A stretch of 17,547 bases of DNA from contig JAKSQG010000021.1 of assembly GCA_024404275.1 (NCBI GenBank), positions 1-17,547 of the forward strand. The letters are read 5' to 3'. This document shows positions 13,554 to 17,547 of this stretch, piece by piece. Position numbers and translations under genes: made by a program. This DNA comes from Clostridia bacterium. GTDB lineage: Bacteria > Bacillota > Clostridia > Christensenellales > Aristaeellaceae. Below the pieces are notes generated by a model. It saw nothing but the letters and a program-made list of their open reading frames with translations, was not told the DNA's origin and ran no database searches. Positions within the stretch are counted from its first letter, which is position 1; each line of letters begins with the position of its first letter.

Positions 13554-15047
13554 ATGAGCAAGCGAAAAATGAATACGGTCGCCATGGCGTCCTGCCTGCT
13601 TTGTGACGATGCGAAGTGTAAGGAAGCCTGTCCGCATTTTGATCCGTCCAAAGCGCTGCGCAGCCTTTGGTTTGACAATGAGGGCGGTGCGCGTGCGGTG
13701 ATTCCCGATACGATGCCCTGCGCTGATTGCAGCGCGCCCTGCGTGGATGCCTGTGTGCAGAGCGGAAAGATCGATATCCGCGGGTTGATGCTTCAGATGG
13801 GAAAGGAGATCCCGGCTTGCAGGGGACTGGACCCGGCGAGGCTGAAGATCGATTTCCTTGGCTTTCCGCTGGAAAATCCGTTTCTGCTTTCCTCTTCTGT
13901 GGTCGGCTCCAATTACGACATGTGCCGCCGTGCCTTCCAAATGGGATGGGCCGGTGTTGCCTACAAGACGATCTGCCTGTTTGACATCCATGAGACCTCG
14001 CCGCGCTATGCCGCGATCAAGGACCCGAGCGGTACGGTCATTGGCTTTAAGAATGTGGAACAGCTGTCCGATCTTCCGCTTGAAGAAAACCTTTTGACTT
14101 TCCGCAGGCTGAAGGCAGAATTTCCGGAAAAATACCTGCTGGTTTCCATCATGGGACGGGATGAAGAGGAATGGGAAACGTTGGCGCGTCTGGCGGAGGA
14201 GAACGGCGCGGACGCCGTTGAGCTGAATTTTTCCTGCCCGAACATGAAGGATGATGGTTTGGGCAGCGATGTCGGTCAGGATAATCTGCTGATCCGGCAG
14301 TTTACGGCGGCGGCGCGGCGGGGCACCAAAAAGCCGATCATTGCAAAGCTGACGCCCAATGTGCAGGAAATGTCTTCCGCCGCGTTGGCGGCAAAGGAGG
14401 GCGGCGCGGACGGACTTGCGGCCATCAACACGCTGAAAAGCTATATTACGCTGGACAGCGAAACATACGCGAAGGACAACGAGCATGCGGCGTACCATAT
14501 GACTGCGATCGGCGGCTATTCCGGTGCCTCCGTGAAGCCGATCGCCTTGCGTTTTATTGCCGAGCTGAAGCAGAACCCCATGCTTTGTGATTTACCGGTT
14601 TCCGGCATGGGCGGCGTGGAGACCTGGCGTGATGCCGCACAGTTTATGATCATGGGCGCTTCCTCTGTGCAGGTGACGACCGCTGTCATGCTGTACGGAT
14701 ATCGGATCATTGAAGATCTGTGCGATGGGCTGCTGCGATTGCTGGACGAGTATAAACTGGAAAATGTGGAGGAACTGGTCGCCATCGGATTGAAAAACGT
14801 CGTGCCGCTGCATGATGTGGAGCGGGACAAGGTGATCTATCCGCGGTTTGACCTTTCCCGCTGTGTGGGCTGCAGACGCTGCCTGCGCTCCTGCATGGAC
14901 GGCGGACATCAGGCTATTTTCTTTGAAAAAGGGCATCCGCGCCTGGACGCCGCGCGCTGCGTCGGCTGCCATCTGTGCGTGATTGTTTGCCCGAAGGAAG
15001 CTGTTTCCTCCTCCGGCATTTCGGTGCCGCGGCATCGGCAGCCCTGA
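13554..15047 (+). CDS. dihydropyrimidine/dihydroorotate dehydrogenase-like flavoprotein (PreA-like) with an extra N-terminal DPD-type Fe-S domain and a C-terminal 2x[4Fe-4S] ferredoxin domain
   Basis: RBS aggagg precedes ATG 13554; the ORF-track TTG 13515 is rejected. N-terminus: CLLCDDAKCKEACP and CADCSAPCVDAC. TIM-barrel core contains ELNFSCPNM...GSDVGQ. C-terminus: CVGCRRCLRSC and CVGCHLCVIVCP. Confidence 0.8.
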   Translation: MSKRKMNTVAMASCLLCDDAKCKEACPHFDPSKALRSLWFDNEGGARAVIPDTMPCADCSAPCVDACVQSGKIDIRGLMLQMGKEIPACRGLDPARLKIDFLGFPLENPFLLSSSVVGSNYDMCRRAFQMGWAGVAYKTICLFDIHETSPRYAAIKDPSGTVIGFKNVEQLSDLPLEENLLTFRRLKAEFPEKYLLVSIMGRDEEEWETLARLAEENGADAVELNFSCPNMKDDGLGSDVGQDNLLIRQFTAAARRGTKKPIIAKLTPNVQEMSSAALAAKEGGADGLAAINTLKSYITLDSETYAKDNEHAAYHMTAIGGYSGASVKPIALRFIAELKQNPMLCDLPVSGMGGVETWRDAAQFMIMGASSVQVTTAVMLYGYRIIEDLCDGLLRLLDEYKLENVEELVAIGLKNVVPLHDVERDKVIYPRFDLSRCVGCRRCLRSCMDGGHQAIFFEKGHPRLDAARCVGCHLCVIVCPKEAVSSSGISVPRHRQP

Positions 15048-15123
15048 CACCGCTGCAAAAAGGAAGCTGTAGCGTGCTGAGCGGGGGCTTCCTTCACGAC
15101 GGAAGAGCAGAGAGCGATAACTG

Positions 15124-15177
15124 AAAACAGACAGCATTCATGCCGTGAGTACGGTACAAATGCTGTCTGTTTTTTTT
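15124..15177. terminator. bidirectional intrinsic terminator between the convergent PreA-like and ATPase genes
   Basis: 15-bp stem aaaacagacagcatt (15124-15138)/aatgctgtctgtttt (15159-15173). The T-run extends to 15177 on the + strand, and the A-run gives U's on the minus strand. Confidence 0.8.
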
Positions 15178-15240
15178 ATATAGGGCCTTTTTGGGATTCT
15201 GGCATGATTGCAAGCGGCCCCCCTTGGGCAGCCTGTGCGA

Positions 15241-17547
15241 TCAATGCGTATTCGCGGAAGTTCTTTTGCGGCGGAACAGCAGCGACGCCGCACCCCATAC
15301 GCCGGTGCCTGCGGCCAGGCACAAAAGTCCATAGCCCCAGGCAGCGCCGGTGAGCATGCCGGTGCTGATCTTGAACAGATTACCCAACACCGCCACAGCG
15401 ATCAGGCTGCCGATGGTCATGAGAGACGCCACCGCGATGCGCAGCTTGCTGACAGGAACACACACGGAGTACAGGGCCAGCAGACCGACACCCAGTGCAC
15501 ACAGCGACGCCAGTACGGAGCACATTTCCGTGGGCAGACCGATCCAATACTCGCCGGCCATGCACAGCAGGGCCGCTACGGCCACAGCGCTGCCGCCCGG
15601 AACAGCCCGGCGCAGCACACGGGCGAGGAAACTGCCCTCAATGCGCTCCTGATTGGGCTCCATGGCCAGGAAGAAGGAAGGAATGCCAAGGGTCAGCGCG
15701 GAGATTAGGGTCAGCTGCACCGGCTGGAAGGGATAAGCCAGGGGCAGCAGCAGCGTCACCAGACTGATGAGGAAGGTCGATAATGTTTTGACCAGAAACA
15801 GCGAAGAAGCGCGGGTGATGTTACCCACCACGCGGCGGCCTTCACTTACCACCTGCGGCAGAAGCGGGAAACCGTCGCCGGGAATCGAGATCTGGGCGGC
15901 GTGACGGGCCGCGTCGGAACCGCCTGCCACAGCAATGGAGCAATCGGCTGCCTTGAGCGCGGGGATGTCGTTTACGCCGTCGCCGGTCATGGCCACGCGC
16001 AGGCCATGGGCTTTCAGGGCTTCCACCAGCAGGCGTTTCTGTTCGGGACTGACGCGGCCGAAAACAGTGGTCTGTTTGCAGCGCTGCTTCAAGGCATCCG
16101 CATCGAGGACAGAGGCATCCACCCATTCACCGTCCAGACCGAGGCGTTTGGCAATGGCGGAAACAGTGCGGGGATCGTCACCGCTGATCAGCTTCAGCTG
16201 TACTCCTTCATGGCGGAAAGCTTCCAGCGTGGCGGCGCAGCCGGGGCGCAGTTCGTCCCGGAGGGCCAGCAGGGCCATGGGGGAGAGCGTACCGCCCTGC
16301 ACCGAGCCGGCGAGGAGCAGCACGCGCAGCCCCTGCGCGGTCAAAGCGTTCTGCTGCTCCTGAAGCGGCGCGGGAAGGTTTTCCATCACAAAGGACGGCG
16401 CGCCCAGTACGATGCGCCGACCGTCCCGCAGGACCACGGCGCTGCATTTCTTTTCGGAGGAGAAGGGCTCGGCGGAGACGATATCCGTGGTATCGGCTGC
16501 CGGGGGACACCAGGCACGCAGCGCATCGAGGGTACCGGTGGCATCATCGAAGGCCGCCAGAAAACGGGAAAGGTCGCTGCGTAGAGAGTCTTCGGAGGTG
16601 TTTACAGGCAATACTGTTTCGACCTCCATACGGCCGGTGGTCAGGGTGCCGGTCTTGTCCAGACACAGAACATCAGCCCGGGCCAGGGTTTCAATGCCGT
16701 ACAGCTCCTGCACCAGCACGTCTTTGCGCCCAAGGCGCACCACGCCGACCATCAACGCAACACTGGTCAGCAGGATCAGACCCTCGGGGATCATGCCCAG
16801 CATGGAAGCGACAGCGGCCGGGACGGCGGCTTTCAGGGCGATGCCGTTGAAAAGGGTCTGCTTCAAAAGAACGAGCAGACCGAGGGGCACCAGGATCATG
16901 CTGACGTAATGCAGCAGCTTGTTCAGATCCTGCATCAGCTGGGATTTGGGGCTGCGGATGGCACGCCCTTCCCGGGTGAGCCCGGCGGCGTAGCTTTCAT
17001 CGCCGACCTTTTCCAGTTCCACAAACAGTGTACCCTCGGTGATGAAGGTGCCGGACAGCGCCCGGTCGCCGGAGGTGCGCAGCATGGGCTCGCTTTCACC
17101 GGTCAGCAGGGATTCATCGATGGCACCGCTGCCCGAGACCACTGTGCCGTCAGCAGGCACCTGATCGCCGCGCCGCAGCACCACAATGTCACCGCGCACC
17201 AGGGCATCGGGGTCGACAGACGTCTCCTCGCCATCCCGCAGCACATGGCATTTGGCACGGTGGAGCAGCTCCAGCCGGGCAATGGTCTTGCGTGCCCGCA
17301 GCTATTGAATGGTGGCAATGAGCGTGTTGGATACAACGACACCCATAAACAACATGTTGCGGTAGCTGCCCACCAGCAGCAGCGCCAGCGCCAGGGCTAC
17401 ATTCAGCGCGTTAAAAAAGGTAAAAAGATTGCCGGCCAGAATCTGCCCGACGGTTTTTCCATGCGTTTGGCTGTGGGCATTGCCCTCGCCCGCGGCAGCC
17501 CGGCGGGCGGCTTCCTCATTGGACAGCCCGCGAAGAGGTTGATTCAT
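15241..17547 (-). CDS. P-type cation-transporting ATPase (HAD-IC, P2-like, PEGL motif). A single frame is interrupted by one in-frame TAG at 17302-17304: either a pseudogene or recoded.
   Basis: The track splits it into 17302..17547 (81 aa) and 15241..17244 (GTG start). These are the same frame; the 19 codons between them (LRARKTIARLELLHRAKCH) are open. Motifs: TGES, PEGL, DKTGTLT, MTGDGVNDIPALKAAD. Total 768 codons. The ATG lies at the window edge (17547), so the start cannot be checked against upstream sequence. Confidence 0.85.

Noticed and set aside
10173-13678. Three long minus-strand ORFs (10173..11294, 11012..12283, 12410..13678)
   Set aside because: All are antisense shadows of the glycosidase/PIG-L/glycosidase operon. 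They overlap each other, lack RBSs, and have Arg/His/Leu-rich composition with no domain signatures.
15901-16584. 227-aa plus-strand ORF, together with 15208..15708 and other ORFs inside the ATPase locus
   Set aside because: They are antisense to a P-type ATPase frame that carries every canonical motif, so they are shadow ORFs.
1-17547. Mobile element, prophage, defence island or CRISPR array
   Set aside because: I saw no integrase, transposase or recombinase-like ORF, no terminal inverted repeats, no spacer-repeat periodicity and no flanking tRNA. The only compositional shifts are short AT-rich promoter spacers.

Overview
GC-rich chromosomal window with AT-rich intergenic spacers, GGAGG-type ribosome-binding sites and TTGACA/TATAAT promoters (several with an extended -10). 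This style suggests a Firmicutes/Clostridia-like bacterium, but that is inference only. Gene order: 3' end of tuf, then rpmG-secE-nusG-rplK-rplA (+), closed by a strong terminator with no rplJ/rplL after it. Next come a flotillin (SPFH) gene, a large alpha/beta-hydrolase fused to a roughly 10-helix membrane domain, and a convergent PPP-type metallophosphatase (-). An accessory-looking + strand block follows: a FliB-like Cys-rich protein, a VTC-domain/DUF4956 pair, a tightly packed operon of three secreted enzymes (phosphodiester glycosidase, discoidin-PIG-L deacetylase, phosphodiester glycosidase), and a PreA/DPD-like flavoprotein with extra Fe-S motifs. A P-type cation ATPase (-) runs to the window edge. 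I found no rRNA, tRNA, CRISPR array, transposase or integrase. The most unusual signal is three in-frame TAG codons. Two lie in the VTC gene and one in the ATPase; both genes are otherwise intact and well conserved. As far as I can align from memory, each TAG sits where homologues carry Glu or Asp. None of the 17 terminators visible in the window is TAG (11 TAA, 6 TGA). This fits either amber suppression/recoding or three recent GAG-to-TAG nonsense mutations or sequencing errors. The window alone cannot separate these, and decisive tests are listed. Secondary leads are the uncharacterised bacterial VTC-DUF4956 module, the secreted NAGPA/PIG-L/NAGPA operon, the hydrolase-membrane fusion with ribosomal-like codon usage, and an orphan PreA-like enzyme carrying a DPD-type N-terminal Fe-S domain.
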